Assembly (NCBI GenBank): GCA_964106915.2
Contig: OZ066916.1
Source: Podarcis gaigeae
Lineage: Eukaryota
Strand: one strand, 5' to 3'
DNA length: 64,000 nt
In this document: positions 1 through 13,700 of the stretch, in pieces
Position numbering within the stretch: the stretch's first letter is position 1
Layout: every line of letters starts with the position of its first letter
Notes under the pieces: model-generated
Databases searched by the model: none
Seen by the model: the letters and a program-made list of their open reading frames with translations, nothing else
Told to the model about the DNA's origin: nothing
Position numbers and translations under genes: made by a program

Positions 1-369
1 CTTATTAGCTATTAGGGCTTGATCCTAAACACACTGTTGGAAATACATCATGCTGACTGTGTTCACCTGTTGCATTAAGGGGGGAAAGGTGGCTATAAAA
101 TAAGAACAACAACAACCATTTATTTTATACATGAACACTTATGTTAGCAGCCTAGAGGCGGATATCAGCCTAAACATATTATATTATTATGGAAAACTAT
201 GTGGAGTTGGCAACACCAACCACAAATGTGTCACTTTCAGCCTGTTTTCCCTGCCCCTTTGGGATCAAGCCGTTAGGCTTCATACAAATGCATAGGTGTC
301 ATGCTAACAGGTTGAGGGTAATATGCTTTTATAAATGTCGGTGTTAACCCTTAATGAAACATATTTCAG

Positions 370-514
370 CCTGAAGAACTGATGTGTCGTTTAGTAGTCC
401 CAAATTTCTCCAGCCATGCTGCCTGTCTTTACACAGAAGAGGAGGTATTTGCTTGCTCAACAGGAACGGGAAGAATTTCTTTGCCCCAGGAGAAAATGAT
501 ATTCAGTATTCAAG
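370..514 (+). CDS. NUP133: NUP133 coding exon (first in window)
   Basis: cag|CCT...CAAG|gt; [48 protein letters not shown]. Confidence 0.9.
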
Positions 515-3500
515 GTCAGAACCTAAAGAAGCTGGAGCTCTTAATAAGCCAATGAGGGTGTTTATAGTTTCTTTCCAGAACGATTATGCTTTTAAAATTT
601 ACTGTATTTACTTTTTATGGAAATGGTCATAGGTATAGCAGTGGTATAGATATAGCAGTGATTATTCATCTTTCCATTGACTCACAGTACAATCCTATAC
701 ATGTCTACTTGGAAATAAGTCCCATTGAGATCAATTGGCCTTACTTCCAGGTAAGTGTGTATAGAATTGAAGTCTCAATGACTTAAGCAGTTACAGGCCT
801 AACAGTGAAATCTCAGATTTAAGAACAATCCCAATTGTGTTATGTAGAGTTATTATTGTAGGCATAGGAAATAAACTCTGTCTTGTTACTTTTTCACTTG
901 ATAACTCTGAAAACCAGGCCTTACAGCCTTTTAACTTGTGCTTATAACATAGCTTTTCAAATCAAACTTAAGCCCACAGTCTGACATTCATTAATGGTAT
1001 TGAAGTTGTATTGTGTTGTGTTTATTTCCTACCTTAGGTGATAGAATTTTAGGAGCAGGTTCTTGTGCTGGACTTCCAATTTTTTTCACTAGAAAAAGTG
1101 GGCTCGTGGCCATACATTCCAGGGAAAACATGACTGTGCTTCCTGAAGATATTGAGGATTCTTTAGCCTCATCTGTAGCTGAGACAAATGATGAGGTAAG
1201 GAGGGAAAGCATTGTCTTAATTGTCTTAACAGTAAAGATGTATATTCCTGCACTGGATTTTCTTTGATAATTTAGTTATTTCAAAGTTAGCATTTTTACT
1301 ATTTCAAACTACTTTTTTTGTGGAAGCATTATTCCTCCCTTTACATTTTTCTCTCTTTTCCAATTTTATTTTAGAGCATTGCATTTGATGCTGCTTCCAG
1401 GATGGATATTATAGCGCAAGAGGATAAGACCAAAATGTTAAAATCTGCTTTCTTACAGTTTTGCAGGTATAAAATTATGTCATGTTTCATATACAGTATA
1501 TTTCATTCTGGGAGCATTGTGGGTTTGTAAAACTGAAGAGAAATATTAACATTTTAGCATTACCTTTTATAGAGAATGTAAGCCAACGTAATACAAATAG
1601 GTATGCTCTGGGTTTTCTTCCTCTCTTCCCTGCAGGCATTTGTGCGCTTTCAAAATCTGTAAAAATAGATGGCTTTATGTTCTATGAGATAACAAACAAT
1701 TGGGTTTTGCAGACTATCAAAAGATCTTGTGCTCCTTTCTGGCCAAGTAGTCTGTAATCCCTCCTGTTGCTTGGAAGCCCTCTCCCTTTGCTGGTCCTTC
1801 AATTTGTTTCTTGTCTTCCTTCATTTGGAGAAGAATCCATTTGTTCCTCCTTCAGTGTGCTAATCTTCTCCTTTAAAACCACCTCCCAGCATTAAGCATA
1901 TCACGGTGGTTAGATGATTACTGCCCACCCCTGCTTCAACCACAAGACAAATTACACCACCGTCCTCCTCTTCCATCACGGCACAAGTTCACAGGAAGCA
2001 GATAGAGCACTACCAGCTGAAGCTGTGACTGGGTTTTTAGTCTCCTTTCATGCACCTCTCCAGTAAAGACAGTCACAGTTCCTCTCCTTACAGCACCTAT
2101 GGCAGCTTCTGCCTGTTCCCCATCCGATGTCAATATCATTCTCCCACAGTAGTGCTGCAGTACCAGATGTGGTCCCCCAGAGGGCAGAAGATAACCATGA
2201 AATACTTAGAGAACTTGAAGAAAGAGGCAATATTTTGAATACAGCATCAGCATCTACAACCTGCTGCTGTGGATCCAGCTGATTGGTCTTAGGTACCTCT
2301 CATCTAGTGTCCTGCCCGGCAGTTTTTCCTGTTTTGTATTGAGGACCCAATTTGTCCTCAAGATTGAAGAGGCTGTTGTGGCAGATACAGCTAAAGAGCT
2401 AGTTCCCAATAAGCAGTTTTATGAGTATCTAGGACCCTCTCCTGCTCTTGAGGGCCATCCTTTAAGTGAAACCCAGCAGTTTTTGTTGTTGTTGTTGTTG
2501 TTTTTAATAGTCAGTCCACCCCAGATTCTGTAATTTCTCAGCACCATCTGCAGAGGAATCTCCTGACCCTATTAGCTCACTAGTAAGCACTTTCACAGAA
2601 GAACACTATTGCATGTACCCTACCCTCAGCCTGTGTAAAGTTGACAGCATGATAGATTACCCCTTTGCCTTAGAGACCAGCCACCAGACCAAGAGATACG
2701 TCAAAAGGTTCCTGATTCAAAAGCTGTGAATGCCCTCATAACATCATGCCCTCCAACACCCCTACTGTCACACATTGTTCACAAATATTCAGTTGGACAG
2801 GGTTTAGGTAGTCCCAGTGGCTCTCTGCTGGCACAGCCAGTCTTGGTTTTCCAAAATTCTCTAGCTGGTAGAGTATCCACCGTAGTTCCTGCCACTCAAG
2901 CCAGACCTACTCACACAGAGACCCCTATTGCAGCCAGACCTGACCCGTCTCTAGCTAATTGTTTGAAAACTGAACAGAGCATTCTCCTGAGGGCAGGTTT
3001 CTCACCAGAAGTGGCTGCATGGTCCTCAGCAAGCACTTTCGCACACTGTTTCATACAACTCAGACCTGCTTGCATCAGTAGTAACTGCTTTGGGGAAGAT
3101 GAGTGCTGTGGCACATGCTCCCATTTCACCATGCAGCCACCTGATCGCACCCACAAGACAGCAGTTTTGATGCATTCCACTTGACTCACATCCCATGCCC
3201 AAGATAGCTCAGAACCATGGTCTTTATTATGAATGTGGCTTCCAGTTGAGCATTAGCAGGTGCCAATGCCACCCACTTAGCTGTCTGCACATACCAATCA
3301 CCTGAAGGTTTTTTTGGTCTTGAGCATCCAGTTTCAGTGCACACACAGCTAGCCTTGGCTATGTTTCCTTCTGCCCCTCCCCAGCCCCAGTCCTTTTATG
3401 GATGTTCTTCCTGATTCCTGATGTCATCATACAGTAGCTTAGCTACAGAACAGAACTGAAGAGCAAGCAAAAGGGGCTTTCTTGAATATGGGCAGGAGGG

Positions 3501-6500
3501 ATGCAATCATAAGCTTCCTGTCTTCCAAGCTGTTGGAGGGATTATGACCCACTTGGACACCCTCAGATGTGCAGTTAAAAGCAACATTCCCAGGGAGGAC
3601 CAGTGTTCCATTCTAAGAGTCGACTCACCAAGTGTTTCCCTTCATTTCAGTAATAATATGAAAGGTGCACAAATCATCGTTGCTGAGCTCTTTCCACAGC
3701 ATGGAGATGCATACCCTGATGCAGACCTAGACAGAGCTGTGTTTCAAATTAGTGAGAATTTGGTGGATGATTATCCTACATCTGACCCACGATGGGCTGA
3801 ATCAGTACCTGAAGGTGAGAAGTCTCATGTGTAAAATGGACATTCTGAATGTACAGCCTTAAGAAAGTAAGACTGTAAGTTATACTAACTTTTAAACCCC
3901 TTTCCTTTTCACTTTTTTTGTACCAAAGCAGCTAGTTTTCCAAATTCTTCCATCATTCTTCTTCATCAGCTGGAAAATAAGACAAAGGCCCATTCTCTGT
4001 TCATTGACTTTCTTCGTCAGGTGGGTTCCTAATGTTCTTGTGGAAATGTGGTAATATAGGATGTGGCACAAGAGTATTTTTATGTACAATTCTCTCTATC
4101 CAAGGTGGGTCTATTTGGTCGCCTGGGTAATTTCCAAGTACGAGGCATACCAATGGCAACTCGGTGGTTACTCTGTGAACATGCAGAAAAGTTAGCGGCA
4201 GCCATTGCTCTCAAGAACCATCACTACAGATTGCCAGATGTGGTCAATGCTGCAATAGAGACTGCTTTGATGAAAAGAGAAGATGACGTTCCGTCAAGTC
4301 TAACTCCTGCAGATGTTTTCTTCAGAGAGGTGATATAAAGAAATAATTTATCTACAACCACATCTGTCGTTTTCTGTGTGAATAGCATTTCCTAATAAAA
4401 TGCATGAGAATCCATGCAACATTCTAGATTTCTTCTTTTAGATCCATACTTTGGGACGGGGGTTGGAACATGAATACTTTTCCTTTAGGAAAGTGCCTGA
4501 TGAAATTCTCCCATGCTTATGGATCCATTTTAAGAATGAAAATTAAATGGCAGAAAAGCCATTTATGAGATTCACAGAGCAATCTAAGCTCCCGGCTGAG
4601 AGCAGATGCTCTACCACCACACCTTTCTGCTCACACATGGCAGGAGGAGAGGTTTTGTTTTTCCAGCTCCAGGCTAGCACTTCTAGTGCCTGTGGTAGCT
4701 TCCTGGGTAGCTAGTAGATCATTGTATCCCCAGCCTTCAGCATCAGGGTGTTTGGTTGGGTGTACGATTGTGCTCTTAACGTGCTAAGTGAAACACTTAA
4801 ACTGCTCAGTGCATAAAATATCAGGCTGAATCATTGCTTTTATACCTGATCAGCAGTGTTAATTGTCAGTGTTCCTTCTTCTTTTCTGTTTTTCAGGTGT
4901 CACAGATAGATACTATTTTTGAATGCTTACTGGAAAAGGAAAAGCAAGTCTTGAGGGATATGTCAGTTCAGTCTGAGGAATGGTCTGAAATAGTCGTCAA
5001 TGTAAACAATATCATAAAGGTATTACATTTCAAAAATTAAGTAACGGTAAAAAGTCCGCAACCTAGGAAACTGGACGTAATGCACCCAGCTAAATGTTTT
5101 AAAGCCCCATTTGATTTCATAGTTTAAATCCTTCTAATTCCAATAAATGAAATTTGAAAAGGAGATCATACACTAATTTAGGGTTTTAATAAGAAGTGGG
5201 AGGTTGGACAGCTTTAGATTACATGTTGCAGTAAAATGAAAATGAAGAACAATATTGTTGATTTCCCAAAATATCTTCCCATCAGATGAAAACAGAAAAT
5301 TGCAGTAGCAGTAAAATAACTGGTTATTCTCACTACCCATAGGAAACTACCCAGAATAAAGGAGGGGAAAATACAGGGTGGCTTGGAATCATAATACAGG
5401 ATACAGAAATGTAAAATGTAATAATACTAAAAAATGATGAGTGCTAATATATAGATGACACTCCCCAAAAATCCTTTGTTTGGTAACGTCCTATGTTTTC
5501 TGTGTCAATATTCTCTAGGATATGCTGCAAGCTGCTATCCAAGACCGCCAGTCCAAAGCTGCTTTATATAAAATAAGAGAGCCTCCCGAAATGGAACCAG
5601 AATATGTTCCATGGACAGGTGAGAATAGAGAAAATCTTATATAAATGGTTTTGTAACACAGTATTTCTCTTTCTACATAAAATCCACTGAAGAGTACTTT
5701 ATTAGCCTTTCCAATTGTTGACCTTGCTCTTAAATTTCTAACTCAATAGTGCCATGTTTCATAAATACCTAACTGGTTTTCTTGAACATAAATGTTACAT
5801 TTTCAGTGTTTAAATATTTCTGTTTATTATATCCTCATCCTGAATGTCTGGGCTAACATGCTTGCCTGCTTATCATCATTATGGCTTATGTAAGGCCATT
5901 ACTGCTGTCTGTGCATTCAAACATAAGCATTTATTTACTGGTGCAGATAACATTAGGAGGCTAGTGGGACGCGGGTGGCGCTGTGGGTAAAAGCCTCAGC
6001 ACCTAGGGCTTGCCGATCGAAAGGTCGGCGGTTCGAATCCCCGCGGCGGGGTGCGCTCCCGCTGCTCGGTCCCAGCGCCTGCCAACCTAGCAGTTCGAAA
6101 GCACCCCCGGGTGCAAGTAGATAAATAGGGACCGCTTACTGGCGGGAAGGTAAACGGCGTTTCCGTGTGCTGCGCTGGCTCGCCAGATGCAGCTTTGTCA
6201 CGCTGGCCACGTGACCCGGAAGTGTCTCCGGACAGCGCTGGCCCCCGGCCTCTTGAGTGAGATGGGCGCACCAACCCCAGAGTCTGTCAAGACTGGCCCA
6301 CACGGGCAGGGGTACCTTTACCTTTACTTTAGTGCTGTTAACCTTTAAGATGGTTGCCCTGGAAACTGATGTCAAAACTTACTTGAATTGAATTGTGATT
6401 TATTTTTTTAATGGCATTTCGAAATAAATGTGATTTCTCAGCCACAATTTAAATTTGCACCTTGTTTTCTTCCTGGAGAGATCAGACAGGAAAGGACAGA

Positions 6501-9500
6501 TGAGAGCTGAGTTAACCTGAGGCACAGTCTCTCTCCTACTCGGTACAACACTTGTTCCTGTGAACAAGCCCTAAGCTTATTATAGACTTACATTCCTGCC
6601 TGCAATAACTTGAAATCTACACTTTCGTAAAAATTGCAAGCAACATCACAGTACAGGTGGCTTTGCAGGGGAAATATCTGATACATTCCCTTGTGCTTTT
6701 AAGTTGTTTTGCGCATCATAGAATTAAGAGCCTACATGGAAGTTATAACAAATGCTGTCCAATGCATGTGCACATGTATCGTCAAGTAAATCTATGTACC
6801 GGATGGCTGTAACATTTTGCTTGGAAATCCCTTCCATGTAGACTTTTGTAATGCAGGCAGTGACCCTGAGAGACTTTTAGAAACCATGGTTTTAAAGCTG
6901 TAAAAGAAAGAAGCCTGTGTATTAGGTTTTGGTGTAAAGAACAGGATTTTATCCTATTGTTTCAAAAGTTTTCAGATTATTTCATGAGGGGAAAGGTAGG
7001 CATGAGGGCATACTTGACACTGAGCTCAAGCAGTTGTCATTTCTTCTCAGCCATAGCCTTGGCTCTGTTAGGATTGTTAATGTGGAGGATTTTCTTTTTC
7101 TGCTGTGCAATGCTGCTGTTCCACTAAGACTTAGGCTGGGGGTTGCTGCTTTGCTATGGAAAGTAGATACGTTTACTTTTTAACAGCCTCTTGTGTCTAA
7201 CTTCCCCTTGGTATACTATCATATGTCATTTTTCAAATTCCATATGCCAAATATAATAATGCCTTAATATTTCATTTTCCGGTCTTCTCAAGCATCCGTT
7301 GGTGTGCGAACGACTATAATACAGCAACATGAAATCATTCTGAAGAAGGTCTATCCTCAGGTTAATAGTAAGCTTCGTAGCATAGTGACAGAACAGCTGG
7401 TGGCACTTCTAGATTGCTTTCTGGATGGTTACGTTTCTCAGCTTAAATCTGTGGACCGGCCAGAGTACCAAGAACGCTATAACAGTCTGGAAATGGAATA
7501 TATGCAGAAAAGATCTGAACTGTTGTCACCACTACGTAAGTGCTGAGGTTATTATACAGGGTGCCATTTAAGTCTCTGCCATGGGTATAGGAAAGCAGGG
7601 GAAGAAGGAAATGCTCTTCTCCTTTCTTTTCTTCTTTCCAATAATGTTTGCCTATTTTTAGCTTTCAGAGCAGAGTTTTCTTTGTAATGTCAAGTCAAAA
7701 ATGTGGATTAGAATATTTCAACAACATTTCACAGTGTGCCATTAGGTTCTTAGTTTTTCGATTCTAGGCAATGTTGAGTTGCTTTTTCTTAAGGGGAAGA
7801 TAATTTTCAAGGAATTATTAATGAATGAACGTGTGCTTGTATTATTGTCAGAACCTAATCCTTTGCTTAGGAGTTCTTCCCTGGCACCTTCTCCATGCTA
7901 GAGTCGGGCCCCCTCTGCCCTAACATTAACTTTTCCCTTACTCCTCAGTTATAAGGAACTTTGAAGCCCCCCTGCCAAAAGCTGTGTCTCCCTAGGTTGT
8001 TCCTTATCTGTCTTATCAGGCTCCACTGCAGGCAGCAGAAATGGTGTGTTTTGTCTGACTGCAGGCTTGCTTCCCAGCCATTCTCCAGCAGCAAGCTCTG
8101 CTTACTGAGGTCTTGATCCTGCATCCATGCAGGTGGAAAACACAGCGGGCAACATGGTGGTCCCTGGTGGTTCAAAGCTCTTCTGTAGGAGAAAAATTGT
8201 ATTGTCCTACTACTCCATTATTCGTTGCTGGGGAGAATGCAGTACCCACCTTCACTCACAGGAACCAAATCCTATTGGTTGAATCAAATTGTCCCCCCAC
8301 TGACTCTTTGATGTAGCATAGTCTTTCAACTTAATAATATAGAGCCTATGATCTTTCTAATGGCATGTGGAGTATATCCCTTGCAAATTGCTCTAACTTC
8401 TTTATAGTTTTTGAAAACAATTATCTAGAGGCAAAATGCCCTTGAAAGCCACACTCATGGATCTTTAAAAAAAAAAAAGTCTTCACAAAATGGCCATGTT
8501 TTTATTGTGGGCGTTTTTCCTTGTTTGTTTTTGTTCAGTTTCTCTTGGACAGTACCAGCTTGCTGCCGCTCTAGCAGAAAAATACTGTGACTTTGACATA
8601 TTGGTACAATTGTGTGAGCAGACTGATAACCAGACCAGATTGCAACGTTACATGACACAGTTTGCTGATCAGGTAATGTTCTTTATTTACTCCAAACAAC
8701 AGGCTGTTAAGTAAGTGTATATTGTAGGAGAAAGCTCAGACTTGCTGTCGGCTTATTTTTCAGAATTATGTCAGTACAGATTTCTTTTTCTGTTAAGCAG
8801 CTATCTTATTACACATACAGATAGTGACTATCCAAGAGCCTCATAAGTTACAGAGAAAATAACCAAGCATAGCTATTAGGTGGCTGCATCAGGCAACAGA
8901 TGCTAGGGGAGAATTGAGTTGTTGGAGAACAGAACTCTGGGTGCTCCATGACTTATGTGTTGCAGTGAGTTTCATCTGTCAATCTGGTCAACTTTGGTAT
9001 ATGGAATGGTGAAGGGGACCCCATTGTAAACAGCTATTTCTTCACTGATGTGCGAAACAAGTGATAGAACTTTTATAAATCTTTTCTATGCTGGAATGTT
9101 AAAACTTGTCCCATTTGGTAAAAATGTTTACATTTTTAGATTATTATTTTTAACACAAGTTGCAGTCTTGCAAGCTTGACCGCATTCTTGCTACTTTTAG
9201 AATTTTTCAGATTTCCTCTTCCGTTGGTATTTGGAAAAAGGAAAACGGGGAAAGCTGTTATCACAGCCCATTGCTCAGCATGGCCAGTTGGCCAGCTTCT
9301 TACAAGCTCATGAGCAACTCAGCTGGCTACACGACATCAACAGCAATGATTTTGAAAAGGTGAGGCTTTATAAAAAAAGCAAAGTATTTGTAATGGGTAG
9401 TTGCTCTGTCCTCGGTAGAGACCCCTTGCAGAGCTAGAGAATGTGACTGACTGTACACAGGTACCCCACTTTGTTAATCTAAGGAACAAGTGGAGACCTC

Positions 9501-10713
9501 TGTGTATTTGCACCTACCATTTTAGTGGGATTCTGCAAGCAGAACAGCTTTTCCTGACTTGGCGCAAGTTACATGCACAACAAAAGAAAACTGAAATTCA
9601 GCAGTGTGCCTCTGATAGTGCATAGCTTTGTTCAGCATCTCGTAGGAAGACCTGCACCGCTTCCCACAGTGTGTGCTAGCACAATGCATTGCATATCCTT
9701 TTGCCTTCTGCTGTGTTGTGCTGAGTTTTCCAATAGTTTTTCCACAACAGTTTGTAGAACAACACTGTTATTGGAGTTTTATTCTGTTCCTGTGTATCTC
9801 TGGCTCTTACCCCATGTAAAGTAAAAATAATATGCATAGGAGGCAATTCTGTTCTTTGAAATCTTGACACAGAGGTAATTTGTAATCTCATCAAATATTT
9901 CTAGAACTTAATTGACCTAGATTTCTGTAGTTTTCTTTCTTCACTGAGGTTATTCTGATAGTTTTGTAAATATTGAGCTGTTGGGTCCAAGTTAGACAAA
10001 TGAATGTCTTTGTTTTGTTTTATTTGTTAAAAAGTGCAAAATATAACTTAACTTTTTTTAAAAAAAAAAGCTTCCCAGCCTAAATACTGGACAAGTTATA
10101 AAATCAGATATTTTAGCAAGCAACTGTTTTTGTAATATCTTTCCTCTTTTCCTTTTTCTTATTCTGGTAGATCCAGTCACTATTTTAGTGAGTTTCTCTT
10201 CTTTCTTAGCATTATAATTTCAGGAGGCGACCATTTCGTACAGGGTTTCTACTCCTGGCCCCCATGAGAGCCAGTGGAATGAGCATCAACCTGCCCCATT
10301 ACACCCCCATTCTGCCTTCTTCCTGGTCCAAAAGGACTCACACATTGGTGATTGCATGTCAATTGAATGTGCCTAAAATGGTCACCACCATTCACAATAC
10401 TGGGGTGTGAATTCTCTTTAGAGCTTTGAAGAAACATAATAGAAATATTTACCTGAAATCAATGTATTCCTAAAATACCATTTCTTCATAATAGACTTGC
10501 TTTGATACCATTTCTATTTTCATTGACTTTTAACGTGTATCCTGTAGTGCGGCTGTTTAACATCTTCCCTATCTTGCCTTTTGCATGTTGTTATTCTCAG
10601 AGTTATATAAAATTGTTCACTGTAGAAGAAATTCTCCTTGGCCATATCAGAATTTGAACATGTTTATGAAATAATAACAATATATAATCATCATGCAAAT
10701 TACTAATGTCCCT

Positions 10714-10760
<47 letters not shown>

Positions 10761-13700
10761 AAACTTACATGTTGAGCTTTATGTCACTTGAAATATTAAA
10801 AGTATTTTTTGTCAATGTTAGGCTAACCGAACACTGCAGAATTTAGCAAATACAGAAACTCGGTACTTTGCAAAGAAGAAAACTCTTCTTGGCCTGTGTA
10901 AACTGTCTCTACTGGCTTCTGATGTATCAGAAGTGATGCAGAATGAGAAAATTGAAGGTACTATTTTTTCCATTGTAAAGTTTAAAGTAAGTTTTCTTTA
11001 TATGGAGATACCCCTTAATTTATTAGATCTACAAGGTCAGTTGTGATCCCAGCAGTATGGTGGTTGAGACACCAATGACAGGGCTTTAGTTTCCAAAGCA
11101 GTTTGTCAGTTCCCCACTGAAATTCTTGGCTGCCACACACAACAAATTAATACAGGTATCTATGAACAATTACTGTTGTGGTTGGAATGTAAAAGTTTTC
11201 CATCTTTCTGATGTTGCTCCAGTAAGGTGTGCAGCACTTGAAGTAAGGGGTTAATTCAGTGGGTGATGATGCTTAGCTAGTAGATGACACCACCTTGTAA
11301 TGTAACTATAATGTGTATATTTGCTTTTTAAACAACATTGAGAATGATCACTAGGATATTAAAGAATTTTCCGTAGAACTTTAGTGCAGAAATGTGGGGG
11401 GGAAGCAGGTCCGCTATCATGAAAACGTGTCATTTTTGCTGCCTGCTTTCAACATGATTATCAATAACATGGGAGGTAGCACATGTCAAGGGCTGTCATT
11501 TACAAGTCTTTCTGAATACATGGACAGAATTCCCTCCCTTGGGATCTTGTAGGTAGACTTCCCACCACTTTTAGGGGTGGTGGTGGTGGCCTTTATGTTC
11601 TATGCTAGAGGTCAGAAAATAAAAGCTTCTTGTCAAAATCCTCCCTCCAACCAGCCATCCAGTTGTTTGCCAAGAAGTGAAGGGAATTTGTAGCAAGTGG
11701 TCTGTCTGGCTACTAAACATACTGGCAGGTTACAGGTGGAGGTAGAGTTACTGGTCTTCAGGCTCACTGAAAACCTTGAGCGTGATGGAATATTCATAAT
11801 TAGGTAAATAATACTTTCTTTGTACTCGGGAATTATAGTCATTTGTGCTATGCTTTTTATTTCATGTATACAAGAAATTACTGAACAAGAGCGTTTTCTG
11901 CTACACCAAGAGACTCTACCTGAGCAGCTGCTAGATGAGAAAAAAATTAATCTCAATGAAATGCCAGTGTTAAGTGCTCCACAGCTGATTGAGGTATGTA
12001 CTATTAAGTGTCCTACCGGTATTGAATTTCTGAGCTACTCTGTCAAAAGACACTTCTCTAATGTGGTTTTGTGTTCCTGAATAATACTGGGTAAAATGAC
12101 TGGATGAAAATGGGTCATGCCTTGATCCCCTGACCCCAGCAGACAACTCGGTAGCCCCATGGCATCACTGTGGCATCACAATTGACGGGTGTATTGCCAC
12201 GCTCACCGGTCAAAATCACTTGTGCTTACAGTGCTCTTTGCAGCAGTCTTTCTTCATCGCTGTGTGATGGAGCAGTCTTTCAGTGCCGATGTCTCCATAA
12301 AGCAGACATCAGCTCTGGCAGGGACTGCTCCATTGTGCAGCAGTGAAGGAAAAAAACTTGTCTGGAGCTTTCACTGCCTGCTCAAGGCTGAGCTTTTTTA
12401 GAGATTGAAGGAATCAGTGGAGGTGGGCTGTCCAAAAAGGTCCTGTCTATCAGCTGACATCACCAGTGATGGCAGTAGATGGGCATGGTTTGGAGAAAAT
12501 GGGCTCTTGGCTCAAATTCGACCCCCTGGCAGGCCCAGATTGGCCCATGTGCTGGAACTTCCACACCCCAGGGAAGGAGGGATGGCTAGAAAATTCGTGT
12601 GTTAGATACTGTTCTTGTGATAGATACTGAGTGCCCTGCCTTGCTTGAGTAGAAGTGCTTTCTGCTGCCACAGAGTCACTATTAGATACAGCCCAATGAA
12701 GCAGCCCTGAGTCTGTCCTGACTCCTTTGTATTACAAATCTTAGTGACCTCACCAACACAATCAAAATAAATTCAGGAAATTTTGGTAGGGAGTCTGCTG
12801 TGCAGTTTGAGTCAAAAGAGTTAATCTTCAGGGCCAACATACCTCATAGGTTTGCTGTGATGAAATGGGGAGCAAACCATGTATAATGCTCTCAGCTCCT
12901 TGGATGAATGGTGGTGTTTGGGTTAAATTATTTTGTGCCTCAAATACCAGGAACGTATCCTGTTTCAGATGAGTTGACTGTACTCTTCCATAGACGTTGT
13001 CTGCCACCATATCCAGATGCCTTATGCAGTGGGTTTTGATTATACACACAGTTCATGGGTTATTAGAGCACTAATCTGTGCTTGCTTTGTGGCAAGATCT
13101 GTGACTAGGAATGTTCAACAAATCCACTTACACTTTCTTGATGATAGTCGGAGACTGGGACACCATTGACCTAAGCTTATAAACAAGTTTCTTGGTAAAT
13201 ACACTTTTTAGTCCCTTGAATGAAGGAAACCAGAAGGATAGGCAGGTGTGGCAAATTGTCTGCATATGTTTTTATGAATGAAAACCCCTAGTAAAAGTAT
13301 TACATATATAAGGGCTTTTTTCCTTTTCTGCCTCCGCATTCTTCGAAGTCCATCCTGGGAGGCAAACAGGAGTCCAAATGTTTTGGTGTTTAGGCATTAC
13401 AGTGGTATTACAGAAGAAGTCTCTGTAAGCAGAAAGGGAGGAGGAGTTTATTTAACAGCTGTGCTAAAGCCAGGCAGCTCTGATGCCCCCTAATAATCTT
13501 CCAGCCTGGATCACTGCCAGACCCTGCTTTTAATTTCTTCTATCAGCAAGGCCTTTCCTTTCTGCCCTGGTGTCATTCAAGTTTAGGAATTATTATGTTT
13601 TTAAAAAAGAAACAGCTATAATCTGAACAAAGCTGCTCATTGTGCTGAACCATAGCTTAACTTGTGTGACTGCAACCATACTTTTGGATCTTATTTCATA

